Shown: positions 30,691 to 41,160 of the stretch, piece by piece
Numbering within the stretch: position 1 is the stretch's first letter
Layout of the letters: each line of letters begins with the position of its first letter
Assembly: GCA_965207805.1 (NCBI GenBank)
Contig: OZ242312.1
Coordinates: 1,471,580-1,535,579 of the forward strand
DNA length: 64,000 bases
Origin: Gemmatimonadota bacterium
Lineage (GTDB): Bacteria > Gemmatimonadota > Gemmatimonadetes > Palauibacterales > Palauibacteraceae
Direction of reading: 5' to 3'
The notes under the pieces: generated by a model
Told to the model about the DNA's origin: nothing
Database searches by the model: none
The model's input: the letters and a program-made list of their open reading frames with translations, nothing else
Position numbers and translations under genes: made by a program

Positions 30691-31379
30691 TGGGCCAGAA
30701 GACACACCCGTACGGATTCAGGCTCGGCGCGGTCAAGCCGTGGCGGTCGCGCTGGTACGCACAGGGCAAGGAGTTTCCGAAGCTCCTCGCGGAAGACGAG
30801 AAGCTGCGGAAGTACCTGAACGCGCGGCTCGGACACGCGGCGATCGCCCAGGTGGAGATCGAGCGCAAGCCGTCCAAGATTGTCGTCACGATCCACACGG
30901 GTCGTCCCGGCGTCGTCATCGGCAAGCGCGGGGCCGAGGTCGACAAGCTGCGCGATGAACTCGCTCTGCTGACGGACGCGGAAGTTTCCGTCAACGTCGA
31001 GGAAATCCGCCGCCCGGAGACCCAGGCTCAACTTGTGGCGGACAACGTGGCTCATCAGTTGACGCAGCGGATCAGCTTCCGCCGCGCGATGAAGCGGGCC
31101 GTGCAAGCGGCGATGCGAGCGGGGGCCGGCGGCATCCGCATTCAGTGCGGCGGGCGGCTCGGCGGGGCCGAGATCGCGCGCTCGGAGGGCTACCACGAAG
31201 GGCGCGTGCCGTTGCACACGCTGCGTGCGGACATCGACTACGCGGAGCGACAGGCCCGGACGACGTTCGGCACCATCGGCGTGAAAGTGTGGATCTTCCA
31301 CGGCGAGATCGTGGAGGACCGTCGCGGTCAGACGTATACCGCGGGCGGGCGTCGCCGTGCGGGTCGCGGGCGAGGATAG
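30690..31379 (+). CDS. rpsC: 30S ribosomal protein S3
   Basis: [13 protein letters not shown]...; 229 aa. Confidence 0.98.
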   Translation: MGQKTHPYGFRLGAVKPWRSRWYAQGKEFPKLLAEDEKLRKYLNARLGHAAIAQVEIERKPSKIVVTIHTGRPGVVIGKRGAEVDKLRDELALLTDAEVSVNVEEIRRPETQAQLVADNVAHQLTQRISFRRAMKRAVQAAMRAGAGGIRIQCGGRLGGAEIARSEGYHEGRVPLHTLRADIDYAERQARTTFGTIGVKVWIFHGEIVEDRRGQTYTAGGRRRAGRGRG

Positions 31380-31385
31380 AGACAC

Positions 31386-31796
31386 ATGCTGCAACCGAAG
31401 CGGATCAAGTACCGGAAACAGCAGAAGGGGCGCATGCGCGGCGCCGCGCATCGCGGCAACAAGGTTTCGTTCGGCGACTACGCGCTTCAGGCCGTGGAAC
31501 CGGGCTGGATCACGAACCGTCAGATCGAAGCCGCTCGAGTCGCCATGACGCGGCACATCAAGCGCGGCGGAAAAGTCTGGATCCGCATCTTTCCGGACAA
31601 GCCGCTCACGCAGAAGCCCGCGGAGACCCGGATGGGGAAGGGTAAGGGGAACCCCGAGTACTGGGTCGCGCCGGTGAAGCCGGGTCGGGTGATGTTCGAA
31701 CTCGAGGGAGTCGACATCGAACTCGCGCGGCGGGCGATGCAGTTGGCGGCGGCGAAGCTTCCGGTCAAGACACGCTTTCTGGAGCGGGAGGACTAG
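31386..31796 (+). CDS. rplP: 50S ribosomal protein L16
   Basis: [19 protein letters not shown]...; 136 aa. Confidence 0.98.
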   Translation: MLQPKRIKYRKQQKGRMRGAAHRGNKVSFGDYALQAVEPGWITNRQIEAARVAMTRHIKRGGKVWIRIFPDKPLTQKPAETRMGKGKGNPEYWVAPVKPGRVMFELEGVDIELARRAMQLAAAKLPVKTRFLERED

Positions 31797-32012
31797 GTGC
31801 CGCTTGACGCGATGGAGATTCGCGAATTCACCGACGAGGAACTCGCCGAGGAACTCGCCCGCGCGAAGGACGAAATCGCTCGTCTGCGCTACCGGGCCGC
31901 GTTCGAGGAACTCGAGAACCCGTCGCTCCTGAAGACGTTGCGTCGCGAGATCGCGCGACTGAAGACCGTGCAGGTCGAGCGGGCGCGTAGCGAGGAGAAT
32001 CAGGTTGGCTGA
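31797..32012 (+). CDS. rpmC: 50S ribosomal protein L29
   Basis: 71 aa with a GTG start directly after the rplP stop, or alternatively the ATG at 31812. It has the L29-type helical hairpin [14 protein letters not shown]...[10 protein letters not shown]. Confidence 0.9.
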   Translation: MPLDAMEIREFTDEELAEELARAKDEIARLRYRAAFEELENPSLLKTLRREIARLKTVQVERARSEENQVG

Positions 32013-32274
32013 TCAATCGGCGACGAAGGGCCGGCGCAAGGTTCGGCTCGGAACGGTCGTGAGCGACCGTATGGAAAAGACCGTCGTGGTGTCCGTCGAG
32101 CGACGGCTCGCGCACCCGCTGTACGGCAAGCAGGTGAGCCGCGGCAAACGGTACCAGGCACACGATGAAGAGAACGAATACCGGGTGGGTGACGTGGTCC
32201 GGATCGAGGAGACCCGTCCGCTCTCCAAGCTCAAGCGCTGGCGCGTGCTCGAGCTGGTCCAGCGTCCGGAGTAA
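32005..32274 (+). CDS. rpsQ: 30S ribosomal protein S17
   Basis: TTG start, 89 aa: ...[27 protein letters not shown].... Confidence 0.95.
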   Translation: MADQSATKGRRKVRLGTVVSDRMEKTVVVSVERRLAHPLYGKQVSRGKRYQAHDEENEYRVGDVVRIEETRPLSKLKRWRVLELVQRPE

Positions 32275-32289
32275 CGGGGGCACGACGAG

Positions 32290-32658
32290 ATGATCCAGCA
32301 GGAATCGATGGTCCGCATCGCGGACAATTCCGGTGCCCGCCGGGCTCTCTGCATTCGGGTCCTCGGCGGGTCGCGCCGCCGGTACGCCCGCGTGGGCGAT
32401 GTGATCGTCGCGACGATCAAGGACGCGACCCCGCACGGGAACGTGAAGAAGGGCCAGGTGGTCCGGGCGGTCGTCGTGCGGACGGCAAAGGAGAGCCGGC
32501 GGCGCGACGGCAGTTACATCCGCTTCGATGAGAACGCGGCGGTGATCATCAACGACGCGGGGGAGCCGACCGCGACACGTATCTTCGGGCCGGTGGCGCG
32601 TGAACTCCGCGAGAAGAAGTTCATGAAGATCGTATCGCTGGCCCCCGAAGTGATCTAG
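32290..32658 (+). CDS. rplN: 50S ribosomal protein L14
   Basis: [17 protein letters not shown]...; 122 aa. Confidence 0.98.
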   Translation: MIQQESMVRIADNSGARRALCIRVLGGSRRRYARVGDVIVATIKDATPHGNVKKGQVVRAVVVRTAKESRRRDGSYIRFDENAAVIINDAGEPTATRIFGPVARELREKKFMKIVSLAPEVI

Positions 32659-32703
32659 CGACGACGACGGGCCACCAGGTGTCGCACGAGGATCTGAACC
32701 AAG

Positions 32704-33051
32704 ATGACACGTAAGAAACTGAACATGAGAGCCGGAGACACGGTCCGGGTGATCGCGGGCAACTATGCCGGCGCCCAGGGCCAGGTGCTGCGCACGATCC
32801 CTTCGCGCGGACTCGTCGTGGTGCAGGACGTGAACATGCGCAAGCATCACAAGCGTCCCGTGGCCAACGCCAAGGGCGGGATCACCGAAGGCGGCATCGT
32901 CACCTACGAAGAACCGATCAGCGCTTCGAACGTGATGCTCATGTGTCCCCAGTGCGACGAGCCTTCGCGGGTGCGCCGCCAGCGTGACGCGGACGGCACG
33001 ATCGAGCGGATTTGCAAGCGTTGTGACTACCCCATCCCGACGGCGGGCTAG
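32704..33051 (+). CDS. rplX: 50S ribosomal protein L24 with a C-terminal Cys4 (zinc-ribbon-like) segment
   Basis: The KOW motif GDTVRVIAGNYAGAQGQV is followed by CPQC...(19 aa)...CKRC near the C-terminus. Confidence 0.95.
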   Translation: MTRKKLNMRAGDTVRVIAGNYAGAQGQVLRTIPSRGLVVVQDVNMRKHHKRPVANAKGGITEGGIVTYEEPISASNVMLMCPQCDEPSRVRRQRDADGTIERICKRCDYPIPTAG

Positions 33052-33060
33052 CAGGGAAAG

Positions 33061-33636
33061 ATGAGTTCGAAAAACGGAAAGCCGCGGCTGCGGAAACATT
33101 ACGAGGACACGGTTCGGGCGAAGCTTGCCGATACGTTCGGCTTCGAGAACCCGCACCAGATCCCGAGGCTCGAGAAGATCGTGATCAACGCCGGGCTCGG
33201 CGACGGGAAGGACAATCCCCGGCTGATCGAGTCCGCCTCGAACGAGATCGCCGTGATCAGTGGCCAGCGACCCGTCGTCACGCGGGCGCGGAACTCGATC
33301 TCGAATTTCGGTCTGCGCGAAGGCATGCCGATCGGGACGATAGTGACGCTTCGCAATGCCCGCATGTACGAGTTTCTTGACCGGTTCATCAGTACGGCCG
33401 TGCCACGTATCAGAGACTTCAGGGGGTTCCGGAGCCGGGCATTCGATGGGCGCGGCAACTATACGGTGGGGATCCGGGAGCAGATGGTCTTCGCCGAAGT
33501 CGATTACGACGAGATCGTCAAGATCCACGGTCTCAACATCACGTTCGTCACGACGACCAACCGGGACGATGAGGCGCTCGTCCTGCTTCGCGAGATGGGG
33601 ATGCCGTTTCGCGATGAGGTCCCGGTCGTCATCTAG
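33061..33636 (+). CDS. rplE: 50S ribosomal protein L5
   Basis: 191 aa: ...RLRKHYEDTVRAKL...GLNITFVTT.... Confidence 0.97.
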   Translation: MSSKNGKPRLRKHYEDTVRAKLADTFGFENPHQIPRLEKIVINAGLGDGKDNPRLIESASNEIAVISGQRPVVTRARNSISNFGLREGMPIGTIVTLRNARMYEFLDRFISTAVPRIRDFRGFRSRAFDGRGNYTVGIREQMVFAEVDYDEIVKIHGLNITFVTTTNRDDEALVLLREMGMPFRDEVPVVI

Positions 33637-33650
33637 CGGGAAGGGGCTGA

Positions 33651-33836
33651 ATGGCAAAGACGGCACTAGTCGAGAAGGCGAACCGCAAGCCGAAGTTCAG
33701 TTCGCGCACGGTGCGGCGCTGCAATCGCTGCGGCCGGCCCCGCGCCTACATGAGGAAGTTCGGTTTGTGCCGGATCTGCTTCCGGGAGCAGGCGCTCCGC
33801 GGAGAGATCCCGGGCGTTCGGAAAGCGAGTTGGTGA
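33651..33836 (+). CDS. rpsN: 30S ribosomal protein S14, type Z (zinc-binding)
   Basis: 61 aa with CNRCGRP...CRIC and a C-terminal ...GVRKASW. Confidence 0.96.
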   Translation: MAKTALVEKANRKPKFSSRTVRRCNRCGRPRAYMRKFGLCRICFREQALRGEIPGVRKASW

Positions 33837-33837
33837 G

Positions 33838-34236
33838 ATGAGCATGACCGATCCGATCGCGGACATGCTGACGCGCATCCGCAACGCCGGCCGGGCCGGA
33901 CACAGGCGCGTCGACATCCCGCTCTCGAAGATCAAGATCGAGATCGCCAGGATTCTGGCGGAGAACCATTTCGTTCGCGGCTACAAGGTGCTGGACGACG
34001 ATCGGCACGGCCGGTTGCGCGTGTATCTGAAGTACACGTCGGACGAGCGGCCGGTCATTCGGCTGCTCGAGCGTGTGTCGAAACCAGGCCTCAGGAAATA
34101 CGTCGACGCGAACTCGATCCCCAAGGTTCGGGCCGGGATGGGGATCGCGATCATGTCGACGTCGAACGGATTGATGACGGATCGCGACGCCCGCCGGCAG
34201 CATGTCGGCGGGGAGATCATCGCGAGAATCTACTAG
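33838..34236 (+). CDS. rpsH: 30S ribosomal protein S8
   Basis: MSMTDPIADMLTRIRNA...; 132 aa. Confidence 0.98.
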   Translation: MSMTDPIADMLTRIRNAGRAGHRRVDIPLSKIKIEIARILAENHFVRGYKVLDDDRHGRLRVYLKYTSDERPVIRLLERVSKPGLRKYVDANSIPKVRAGMGIAIMSTSNGLMTDRDARRQHVGGEIIARIY

Positions 34237-34289
34237 CGGGGCTGCCGGGCGTCGGTGCCTGCGGCCGCCCCCGCGAGGGAGCAGATAGC

Positions 34290-34832
34290 GTGTCGAGAAT
34301 CGGAAAGCTGCCCATCCCCGTGCCGGACGGCGTCGAGGTGAGGATCGATGGCGCGCATGTGCAGGTGAAGGGCCCTCGGGGTGCGCTCGAGCGGTCGTTC
34401 GACCCCGATATGGAGATCACGCAATCCGACGGTGCGGTGTCCGTGAAGCGTGCCTCCGATGAGGCGCGGCACCGGGCTCTGCATGGGCTCACGCGATCCC
34501 TGATTGCGAACATGGTCACGGGCGTGTCCCAGGGATACGAGAAACGCCTGGAGATCCACGGCGTCGGATACCGGGCGGAACAAAAGGGCGGCAGCGTTGT
34601 GTTCAGCGTCGGGTACAGCCATACGGTGACCGTCGAGCCGCCCGAGGGCATCACGTTGGGCGTAGAGTCGCCCACGCTGGTCAAGGTGTCGGGGAACGAC
34701 AAAGAGAAGGTCGGGCAGATGGCGGCGGAGATCCGCGCGATCCGACCGCCCGAACCCTACAAGGGGAAGGGAATCCGCTACGTGGGCGAGTATGTGCGCC
34801 GCAAGGCGGGCAAGGCGACGGCCACAGCCTGA
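34290..34832 (+). CDS. rplF: 50S ribosomal protein L6
   Basis: GTG start: MSRIGKLPIPVPDGVEV...; 180 aa. Confidence 0.97.
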   Translation: MSRIGKLPIPVPDGVEVRIDGAHVQVKGPRGALERSFDPDMEITQSDGAVSVKRASDEARHRALHGLTRSLIANMVTGVSQGYEKRLEIHGVGYRAEQKGGSVVFSVGYSHTVTVEPPEGITLGVESPTLVKVSGNDKEKVGQMAAEIRAIRPPEPYKGKGIRYVGEYVRRKAGKATATA

Positions 34833-34858
34833 TCGGCGAACCAGACAGAGGGAAGACG

Positions 34859-35236
34859 ATGGACATCAGGGGGCGGACGAAACAGAGGCACCGACTGCGG
34901 ACGCGTCGGCACGCCCGGATCAAGAAGAAGATCCGCGGAACGGCCGGCCGGCCGCGTCTCGTTGTGTTCCGAAGCCTGCGGCATCTCGAGGGCCAACTGG
35001 TGGACGACGATCGCGGCGTTACGCTGCTCGGCGTCTCGACACTCGCCGGCACGGACGGCGACGCCGGGAAACGCTCGGGCAAAATCGCCGACGCTTATCT
35101 TGCGGGCAGGAAACTTGCGGAGAAGGCGGTCGCGGCCGACGTGGGCGAGATCGTATTCGACCGCGGCGGGTATCCCTATCACGGCCGCGTTCGGGCGTTT
35201 GCCGAAGGCGCCCGCGACGGCGGTCTCCGCTTCTAA
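34859..35236 (+). CDS. rplR: 50S ribosomal protein L18
   Basis: 125 aa: ...RHARIKKKIRGTAGRPRLVVFRS...FDRGGYPYHGRVRAFAEGAR. Confidence 0.96.
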   Translation: MDIRGRTKQRHRLRTRRHARIKKKIRGTAGRPRLVVFRSLRHLEGQLVDDDRGVTLLGVSTLAGTDGDAGKRSGKIADAYLAGRKLAEKAVAADVGEIVFDRGGYPYHGRVRAFAEGARDGGLRF

Positions 35237-35248
35237 CGAGAGGGCTCC

Positions 35249-35770
35249 ATGGCAAGAGGGGGGAAACGGCGCGACGACGGTGACAACTTCAAGGAGAATG
35301 TCATCTTCATCAATCGCGTCTCGAAGGTCGTAAAAGGCGGTCGCCGCTTTTCGTTCACCGCGCTCGTGGCGGTGGGTGACGGGCAGGGCCGTGTCGGTAT
35401 GGCTCTCGGCAAGGCGAACGAAGTCGCCGAGGCGATCCGCAAGGGATTCGAGCAGGCGCGTCAGGCCATGGTCGTCGTGCCGATCGTGAACGGGACCATC
35501 CCGCACGAAATCCTCGGGCGCCACGGCGCGGGCCGGGTGCTGCTCAAGCCCGCCGGTCCGGGAACCGGCGTCATCGCCGGCGGTCCGGTGCGGGCGGTAC
35601 TCGAGTGCGCCGGCGTGCAGGACATCCTCACGAAGAGCCTCGGCACGAACAATCCTCTCAACATCGTTCGCGCGACGATGAGCGGACTGCAGGATCTGGT
35701 CACGCCGGAGCAGGTTGCGGCCGAACGCGGAGTGGATGTCGCCACGATCCGGGAGGCCATGCGTGGGTGA
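35249..35770 (+). CDS. rpsE: 30S ribosomal protein S5
   Basis: 173 aa: ...[25 protein letters not shown].... Confidence 0.97.
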   Translation: MARGGKRRDDGDNFKENVIFINRVSKVVKGGRRFSFTALVAVGDGQGRVGMALGKANEVAEAIRKGFEQARQAMVVVPIVNGTIPHEILGRHGAGRVLLKPAGPGTGVIAGGPVRAVLECAGVQDILTKSLGTNNPLNIVRATMSGLQDLVTPEQVAAERGVDVATIREAMRG

Positions 35771-35957
35771 GCAGCTGAAGATTCGTCAGGTAAAGAGCGG
35801 TCTCGGAGCGCAGCGCAAGCAGCGCGACACGCTGCGCGCCCTCGGCCTCAAGCACCACCAGGACCAGGTGGTGCAGCCGGACAACCGCGCGATACGCGGG
35901 ATGATCCACGCGGTGGCGCATCTCGTCGAAGTCGAGGAGGTCGGACAAGATGGCTGA
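35763..35957 (+). CDS. rpmD: 50S ribosomal protein L30
   Basis: The GTG at 35763 overlaps the rpsE stop and gives (M)[28 protein letters not shown]. The track start at 35715 lies inside rpsE. Confidence 0.88.
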   Translation: MGEQLKIRQVKSGLGAQRKQRDTLRALGLKHHQDQVVQPDNRAIRGMIHAVAHLVEVEEVGQDG

Positions 35958-36408
35958 ACGCGAGCGGATCGGGCTCGACAATCTCTCTCCGCCCCGCGGT
36001 TCGAAGTCCTCCGCAAAACGCCGCGGCCGCGGTCACGGATCCGGCTCGGGCAAGACGTCGGGACGCGGCCACAAGGGCCAGAAGTCGCGGAGTGGCGCGT
36101 CGATTCCGGCGTGGTTCGAGGGCGGCCAGATGCCGCTCTACCGGCGTACGCCCAAGCGGGGGTTCAAGCCGCACCGGCGAACCGAGTGGCACATCGTCAA
36201 TCTCTCGGAACTGGATCGCGTGGAGGGAAGCGGGATCGATCCCCGGACGCTTCGGGCGAGCGGCGTCATCCGCGGTACGGACCGTCCCGTGAAGATCCTC
36301 GGGCGCGGGGACGTCGGGCGGGCGGTCGATGTGCGGGCGCATGCCTTCAGCGCCTCGGCCCGTGAGAAGATCGAGGCGGCCGGCGGCACCGCCCAGGTGA
36401 TCGAGTAA
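35950..36408 (+). CDS. rplO: 50S ribosomal protein L15
   Basis: 152 aa with GRGHGSGSGKTSGRGHKGQKSRSG. Confidence 0.97.
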   Translation: MAERERIGLDNLSPPRGSKSSAKRRGRGHGSGSGKTSGRGHKGQKSRSGASIPAWFEGGQMPLYRRTPKRGFKPHRRTEWHIVNLSELDRVEGSGIDPRTLRASGVIRGTDRPVKILGRGDVGRAVDVRAHAFSASAREKIEAAGGTAQVIE

Positions 36409-36411
36409 GGG

Positions 36412-37770
36412 ATGGCGAACGGCCAGAACGCGGCGGCCGCCGCGGCGAACATCTTCAAGGTGCCGGAGCTGAAGGCGAAGATCCTCTTCACTCTGCTCTG
36501 TCTCGCTCTGTATCGGCTCGGCTCCCACATCACGACGCCGGGTGTGAACGTCGTGGCCCTGCAGGCCCTCGCCGGACAGTTCCAGGGCACGATCTTCGGC
36601 ATTTACGACCTCTTCGTCGGGGGCGGTCTGCAGCGCGCGACCGTCTTCGCCCTCGGCATCATGCCCTACATCTCGGCCAGCATCCTCTTCCAGCTCCTCG
36701 CCGCCGTCATGCCGGCGATCGAGAAGCTGCAGAAGGAAGGGGAAGAGGGTCGCCGCAAGCTCACGCAGTGGACGCGGTATACCACTGTGGTGCTGTGCAT
36801 TGGGCAGTCCTACACCTACGCGCTCTTCCTCGAGGCTCAGCCGGGCGCGGTCCTCGATCCGGGTCTCGGGTTTCGCCTCCTCACCGTGCTCATGCTTACG
36901 ACCGGGGGCGTGTTCGTCATGTGGCTCGGTGAGCAGATCACCGAGCGCGGCGTCGGCAACGGCATGTCCCTGCTTATCTTTTTCTCGATTCTGCAGGGCT
37001 TCCCCGGAGCGGTACTCAATACCTTCGAACTCTACCAGGCCGGCGGCATCTCGCTGATCAAGCTCGCAGCCCTCGCGGCGACTCTCGTGGCTATCATGGC
37101 CGCAGTCGTCGCTCTGACGATGGCCCAGCGCAAGATCCCCGTGCAGATCCCGCGGAAGGTCGTGGGCAGAGGCCGAATCCGGGAAGGGCAACGGTCGTTC
37201 ATCCCCCTGCGGATCAACTCCGCCGGCGTGATGCCGATCATCTTCGCCCAGTCGATCATCATCATTCCGGGAACCCTGGCCGCGTTCATGGGCAACCCCG
37301 GACCGGGCAGCTCCGGCGCCCGGCGTTTCATCTACGAAATGAGCCAGGCGCTCCAGGTGGGGACGGCGTGGTACTACGTGCTGTACGTCGTGCTCATCGT
37401 CTACTTCACCTACTTCTACACGTCCATCATCTTCAACCCGACGGATCTGGCGGAGAATCTGAAGCGCCAGGGCGGGTTCATTCCGGGCGTCAAGCCCGGC
37501 GCGAAGACGGCGGACTACATCGATCACGTGCTTACGCGGATCACGCTGCCCGGCTCGGTCTACCTGGCACTGATCGCCGTTCTGCCCTACCTGATCTTCT
37601 CGATCTTCGATCTTCAGACCTTCTTCTTCGGCGGCACTTCGCTGCTCATCGTGGTGGGCGTCGCGCTCGATACGATGCAGCAACTGCAACAGCACCTCCT
37701 GCTGCGTCAGTACGAGGGATTCATGAAGAAGGGTCGCGTCAAGTATCGCGGCAGACAGCGCTACATGTGA
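36412..37770 (+). CDS. secY: preprotein translocase subunit SecY
   Basis: 452 aa, multi-pass membrane protein in the canonical position after rplO. Confidence 0.97.
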   Translation: MANGQNAAAAAANIFKVPELKAKILFTLLCLALYRLGSHITTPGVNVVALQALAGQFQGTIFGIYDLFVGGGLQRATVFALGIMPYISASILFQLLAAVMPAIEKLQKEGEEGRRKLTQWTRYTTVVLCIGQSYTYALFLEAQPGAVLDPGLGFRLLTVLMLTTGGVFVMWLGEQITERGVGNGMSLLIFFSILQGFPGAVLNTFELYQAGGISLIKLAALAATLVAIMAAVVALTMAQRKIPVQIPRKVVGRGRIREGQRSFIPLRINSAGVMPIIFAQSIIIIPGTLAAFMGNPGPGSSGARRFIYEMSQALQVGTAWYYVLYVVLIVYFTYFYTSIIFNPTDLAENLKRQGGFIPGVKPGAKTADYIDHVLTRITLPGSVYLALIAVLPYLIFSIFDLQTFFFGGTSLLIVVGVALDTMQQLQQHLLLRQYEGFMKKGRVKYRGRQRYM

Positions 37771-38432
37771 TGGGCGTGCGGCTGATCATCATGGGCCCTC
37801 CCGGCGTCGGGAAGGGCACTCAGGGTGAATTCCTGGCCGAACGCTTCGGCGTTCCACGCCTCTCGACCGGCGACATGATCCGCGCCGCGCTTCAGGCCGG
37901 AACTCCCCTTGGAGAAAGGGTTCGAGTCTACTACGAAGCAGGCGAACTCGTGCCGGATGAGGTCGTGCTGGGCCTCATCGCCGAGGCGTTCGACGGTTCT
38001 GAGGCGAGCGGAGGGTTCGTGCTCGACGGATTCCCGCGTACGGTGCCTCAGGCCGACGGGCTCGGCGAACTGCTGGCCGCCCGGGGCATCGAACTGGACG
38101 CGGTGCTGTCGCTCGAGGCGCCGGAAGAAGAACTCGTCGATCGCATCTCCGGGCGGCGGGTGTGCGGAGCGTGCGGCCTCGTGACTCATGTGCGCGCCGT
38201 TGGAGCGAACGCCGCCTGCCCGGACTGCCGAGACACCCTCGCGCAGCGCTCCGACGACCGCGCGGAGACCGTTCGCAATCGGCTCGCGGTCTACCGCGCC
38301 CAGACCGAGCCCCTGCTCGCCTACTACGCTCGGTCCGAGACGGGACTGACCGCGGTGGACGGCACGGGGACGCTGGAGGCGGTGCGGGATCGTCTCTTCG
38401 AGACGTTGCATATGGCGGAGATGACCGGTTGA
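37770..38432 (+). CDS. adk: adenylate kinase (Cys4 zinc-lid type)
   Basis: The ATG shares one base with the secY stop (TGATG). P-loop GPPGVGKGTQ; lid CGACG...CPDC. Confidence 0.96.
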   Translation: MGVRLIIMGPPGVGKGTQGEFLAERFGVPRLSTGDMIRAALQAGTPLGERVRVYYEAGELVPDEVVLGLIAEAFDGSEASGGFVLDGFPRTVPQADGLGELLAARGIELDAVLSLEAPEEELVDRISGRRVCGACGLVTHVRAVGANAACPDCRDTLAQRSDDRAETVRNRLAVYRAQTEPLLAYYARSETGLTAVDGTGTLEAVRDRLFETLHMAEMTG

Positions 38433-39211
38433 TCCGGCTGAAGTCGTCCGCCCAGATCGACGCCATCGCGGCGGCGGGAGCGATTGTGGCGGAGGTCCTC
38501 GAGATGGCGGCGGAGCAGGCGATCCCGGGACGGAGCACCGGGGAGCTGGACGACATGGCGGAGGCGATGATCCGCGACAACCCGGGCGCGACGCCCGCCT
38601 TCAAGGGGCTGTACGGGTTTCCGGCCACGCTGTGCACGAGCATCAACGAAGAGGTCGTACATGGCATTCCGTCATTCCGGCGGGAATTGAAGTCGGGCGA
38701 CATCGTGAGCGTCGACGTCGGGGTCAAGCTCGACGGTCTGTTCGCGGACGCGGCCGTCACGATTCCCGTGGGAGAAGTGATGCCGGCGACCGAGCGTCTC
38801 CTGGGTGTGACCCGTACGGCGCTCGACGTGGGCATCGAGGCCGCGCGCCCCGGAGCCCAGCTCGGCGATCTGGGCTGGGCGATACAGACGCACGTCGAAG
38901 CCGAGGGCTTCAGTGTGATCAGGGAGCTTGTGGGGCATGGCGTGGGCGAGGCACCCCATGAGGAACCACAGGTTCCGAACTATGGGGCGCGCAACCGCGG
39001 GTTCCGGATGCAGGCGGGGCTCGTCATCGCCATCGAGCCGATGGTTAACGCGGGCGGGCCGGAGATCCGTACCCTCGACGATGAATGGACGGTGGTGACG
39101 GGGGACGGACGCCTCTCGGCGCACTTCGAACACACCGTGGCGGTGACGTCGGAGGGCCCGCGTGTGTTGACGCGCGTCGCGAGTCCGGCGCGAGCAGCAG
39201 GGGAGGCCTGA
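38429..39211 (+). CDS. map: type I methionine aminopeptidase
   Basis: The TTG start overlaps the adk stop (TTGA). The sequence runs [13 protein letters not shown]... and carries metal-ligand segments [24 protein letters not shown] and FEHTV. Confidence 0.93.
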   Translation: MIRLKSSAQIDAIAAAGAIVAEVLEMAAEQAIPGRSTGELDDMAEAMIRDNPGATPAFKGLYGFPATLCTSINEEVVHGIPSFRRELKSGDIVSVDVGVKLDGLFADAAVTIPVGEVMPATERLLGVTRTALDVGIEAARPGAQLGDLGWAIQTHVEAEGFSVIRELVGHGVGEAPHEEPQVPNYGARNRGFRMQAGLVIAIEPMVNAGGPEIRTLDDEWTVVTGDGRLSAHFEHTVAVTSEGPRVLTRVASPARAAGEA

Positions 39212-39212
39212 G

Positions 39213-39431
39213 TTGGCGAAGGAAGAACCGATCCAGATGACGGGGGAGGTCGCCGAGGCGCTTCCCAACGCGATGTTTCGCGTGGAGTTGGAGAACGGGC
39301 ACCAGATCGTCTGCCACGTCTCCGGCAAGATTCGAATGAACTACATACGGATCCTGCCGGGAGACCGGGTTGCGGTCGAGCTGTCACCCTACGATCTGAC
39401 CAGAGGACGGATCACCTACCGGTACAAGTGA
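39213..39431 (+). CDS. infA: translation initiation factor IF-1
   Basis: The TTG start has a GGAGG 6 nt upstream. (M)[29 protein letters not shown]...; 72 aa. Confidence 0.96.
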   Translation: MAKEEPIQMTGEVAEALPNAMFRVELENGHQIVCHVSGKIRMNYIRILPGDRVAVELSPYDLTRGRITYRYK

Positions 39432-39438
39432 ACCGGGC

Positions 39439-39464
39439 AAGCTCCGGCTGCGGGGCTGGAGTTT
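39439..39464 (+). other. hairpin just after infA (possible weak attenuator)
   Basis: AAGCTCCGG pairs with CTGGAGTTT (two G-U pairs) around an 8-nt loop, followed by GTT. This is a weak call. Confidence 0.2.
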
Positions 39465-39529
39465 GTTCGGATCGATTCGGGCTGGTATTTTGAAGGGTTG
39501 CCATCGAACCGCCACCAGAGGATGGAAGC

Positions 39530-39646
39530 ATGAAGGTTCGTTCGAGTGTCAGGCGAATTTGCGAGCATTGCAAGGTCATCCGCAGGCGCGGCGTCGTCCG
39601 GGTGATCTGCAGTCGAGATCCGAAGCACAAGCAGCGGCAGGGATAG
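39530..39646 (+). CDS. rpmJ: 50S ribosomal protein L36 (zinc-binding form)
   Basis: Not in the ORF track. Hand translation gives [38 protein letters not shown], stopping at TAG 39644-39646. Confidence 0.93.
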   Translation: MKVRSSVRRICEHCKVIRRRGVVRVICSRDPKHKQRQG

Positions 39647-39656
39647 GCAGAAAACC

Positions 39657-40037
39657 ATGGCACGCATAGCCGGAGTCGATCTTCCGCGGAACAAGCGGAT
39701 CGAGGTGGGCCTCACGTACATCTACGGAATCGGCCACTCCACGGCGCGCAACATCCTGGCCGAAACGGGCGTGGATGGGGACGTTCGCGTCTATCAGCTG
39801 TCCGACGACGACGTCAACAAGCTGCGGCGGGTCATCGAGAACCACTACAAGGTCGAAGGTTCGCTGCGTACGGAAACCTCGATGAACGTGAAGCGTCTGA
39901 TGGATATCGGATGCTATCGCGGGATGCGGCACAGGCGGAATCTGCCCGTGCGCGGCCAGCGAACACACACGAACGCCCGGACCCGGAAGGGGCCGCGGCG
40001 CGCCGTGGCCGGTAAGAAGAAGGCGCCTCGAAAGTAG
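39657..40037 (+). CDS. rpsM: 30S ribosomal protein S13
   Basis: [26 protein letters not shown]...; 126 aa. Confidence 0.98.
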   Translation: MARIAGVDLPRNKRIEVGLTYIYGIGHSTARNILAETGVDGDVRVYQLSDDDVNKLRRVIENHYKVEGSLRTETSMNVKRLMDIGCYRGMRHRRNLPVRGQRTHTNARTRKGPRRAVAGKKKAPRK

Positions 40038-40079
40038 ACGCGACAACCACGTTCGGTCCAAACGGAGGACGCGCAGGGA

Positions 40080-40460
40080 ATGGCAAAGCGGGTAAGAAAG
40101 AAGAAGCGCCAGGTCGATGCCGAGGGCGTCGCCCACATCAAGGCGACCTTCAACAATACGATCATCACGATCACGACTCTGACCGGGGACACGGTCGCCT
40201 GGGCCAGTGCCGGAAAGGCGGGCTTCAAGGGCTCCAAGAAGTCGACGCCCTTTGCCGCCACCATCGCGGCCGAGACCGTGGGACGCGAGGCCGCCGGCAT
40301 GGGGATGCGGCGGGTCCACGTGGAAGTGCAGGGCCCGGGGTCGGGACGTGAGTCGGCGATTCAGGCGCTGCAGGCGGCCGGTCTCGCGATCCGTTCGATC
40401 AAGGACGTGACGCCGATTCCGCATAACGGATGCCGTCCGCCGAAGAAGCGGAGGGTATAG
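40080..40460 (+). CDS. rpsK: 30S ribosomal protein S11
   Basis: 126 aa: ...[18 protein letters not shown]...[13 protein letters not shown]. Confidence 0.98.
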   Translation: MAKRVRKKKRQVDAEGVAHIKATFNNTIITITTLTGDTVAWASAGKAGFKGSKKSTPFAATIAAETVGREAAGMGMRRVHVEVQGPGSGRESAIQALQAAGLAIRSIKDVTPIPHNGCRPPKKRRV

Positions 40461-41093
40461 ATGGCTCGCTATACGGGACCCGTTTGCCGGCTGTGCCGGC
40501 GCGAGGGAGAGAAGCTCTTCCTCAAGGGGAAGCGCTGTTTCACCGAGAAATGCGCGATCGAGCGCCGCGCGTTCCCCCCGGGACAGCATGGTGGCGGCCG
40601 CCGTCGCCGGCGCCAGTCGGAGTACGCCGTGCAGTTGCGGGAAAAGCAGAAGGTGAAGCGGATCTACGGACTCGCGGAGAAGCAGTTCCGTTCTCTCTTC
40701 AAGAAGGCTTCCCGCGTCCCGGGCGTCACAGGCGAGAACCTGCTCGTCGCGCTCGAGAGCCGACTCGACAATATCGTCTATCGTCTCGGCTTCGCGCCCT
40801 CTCGCAAGGCGGCGCGGCAGCTCATTCGGCACCGCCATGTGCGAGTCGAGGGAGCGACGGTCGACGTGCCGAGCTATTCCGTCGGACCCGGGGCGGAGGT
40901 GTCGGTGGCGCCGAAGGCGCGGAAGTTGCCGGTGGTGATCGAGGCGATCGAGGATCGCCGGTCACGCGATCAACTGTCGTGGCTGGGCGTCGACTACGAT
41001 GCGGCGAGCGGGCGCATGCTCGAGCGGCCGTCCCGATCCGATATTCCGCTCGCCGTCGAAGAACAGTTGATCGTCGAACTCTACAGCAAGTAG
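40461..41093 (+). CDS. rpsD: 30S ribosomal protein S4 (N-terminal Cys4 form)
   Basis: MARYTGPVCRLCRREGEKLFLKGKRCFTEKC...; 210 aa. Confidence 0.98.
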   Translation: MARYTGPVCRLCRREGEKLFLKGKRCFTEKCAIERRAFPPGQHGGGRRRRRQSEYAVQLREKQKVKRIYGLAEKQFRSLFKKASRVPGVTGENLLVALESRLDNIVYRLGFAPSRKAARQLIRHRHVRVEGATVDVPSYSVGPGAEVSVAPKARKLPVVIEAIEDRRSRDQLSWLGVDYDAASGRMLERPSRSDIPLAVEEQLIVELYSK

Positions 41094-41160
41094 GCCCGTG
41101 CGGCCGGGGCGTTCCCCGCATCCGGTCCGCGGAAGTCGCTGAGCAAAAACACGGAGTGAA

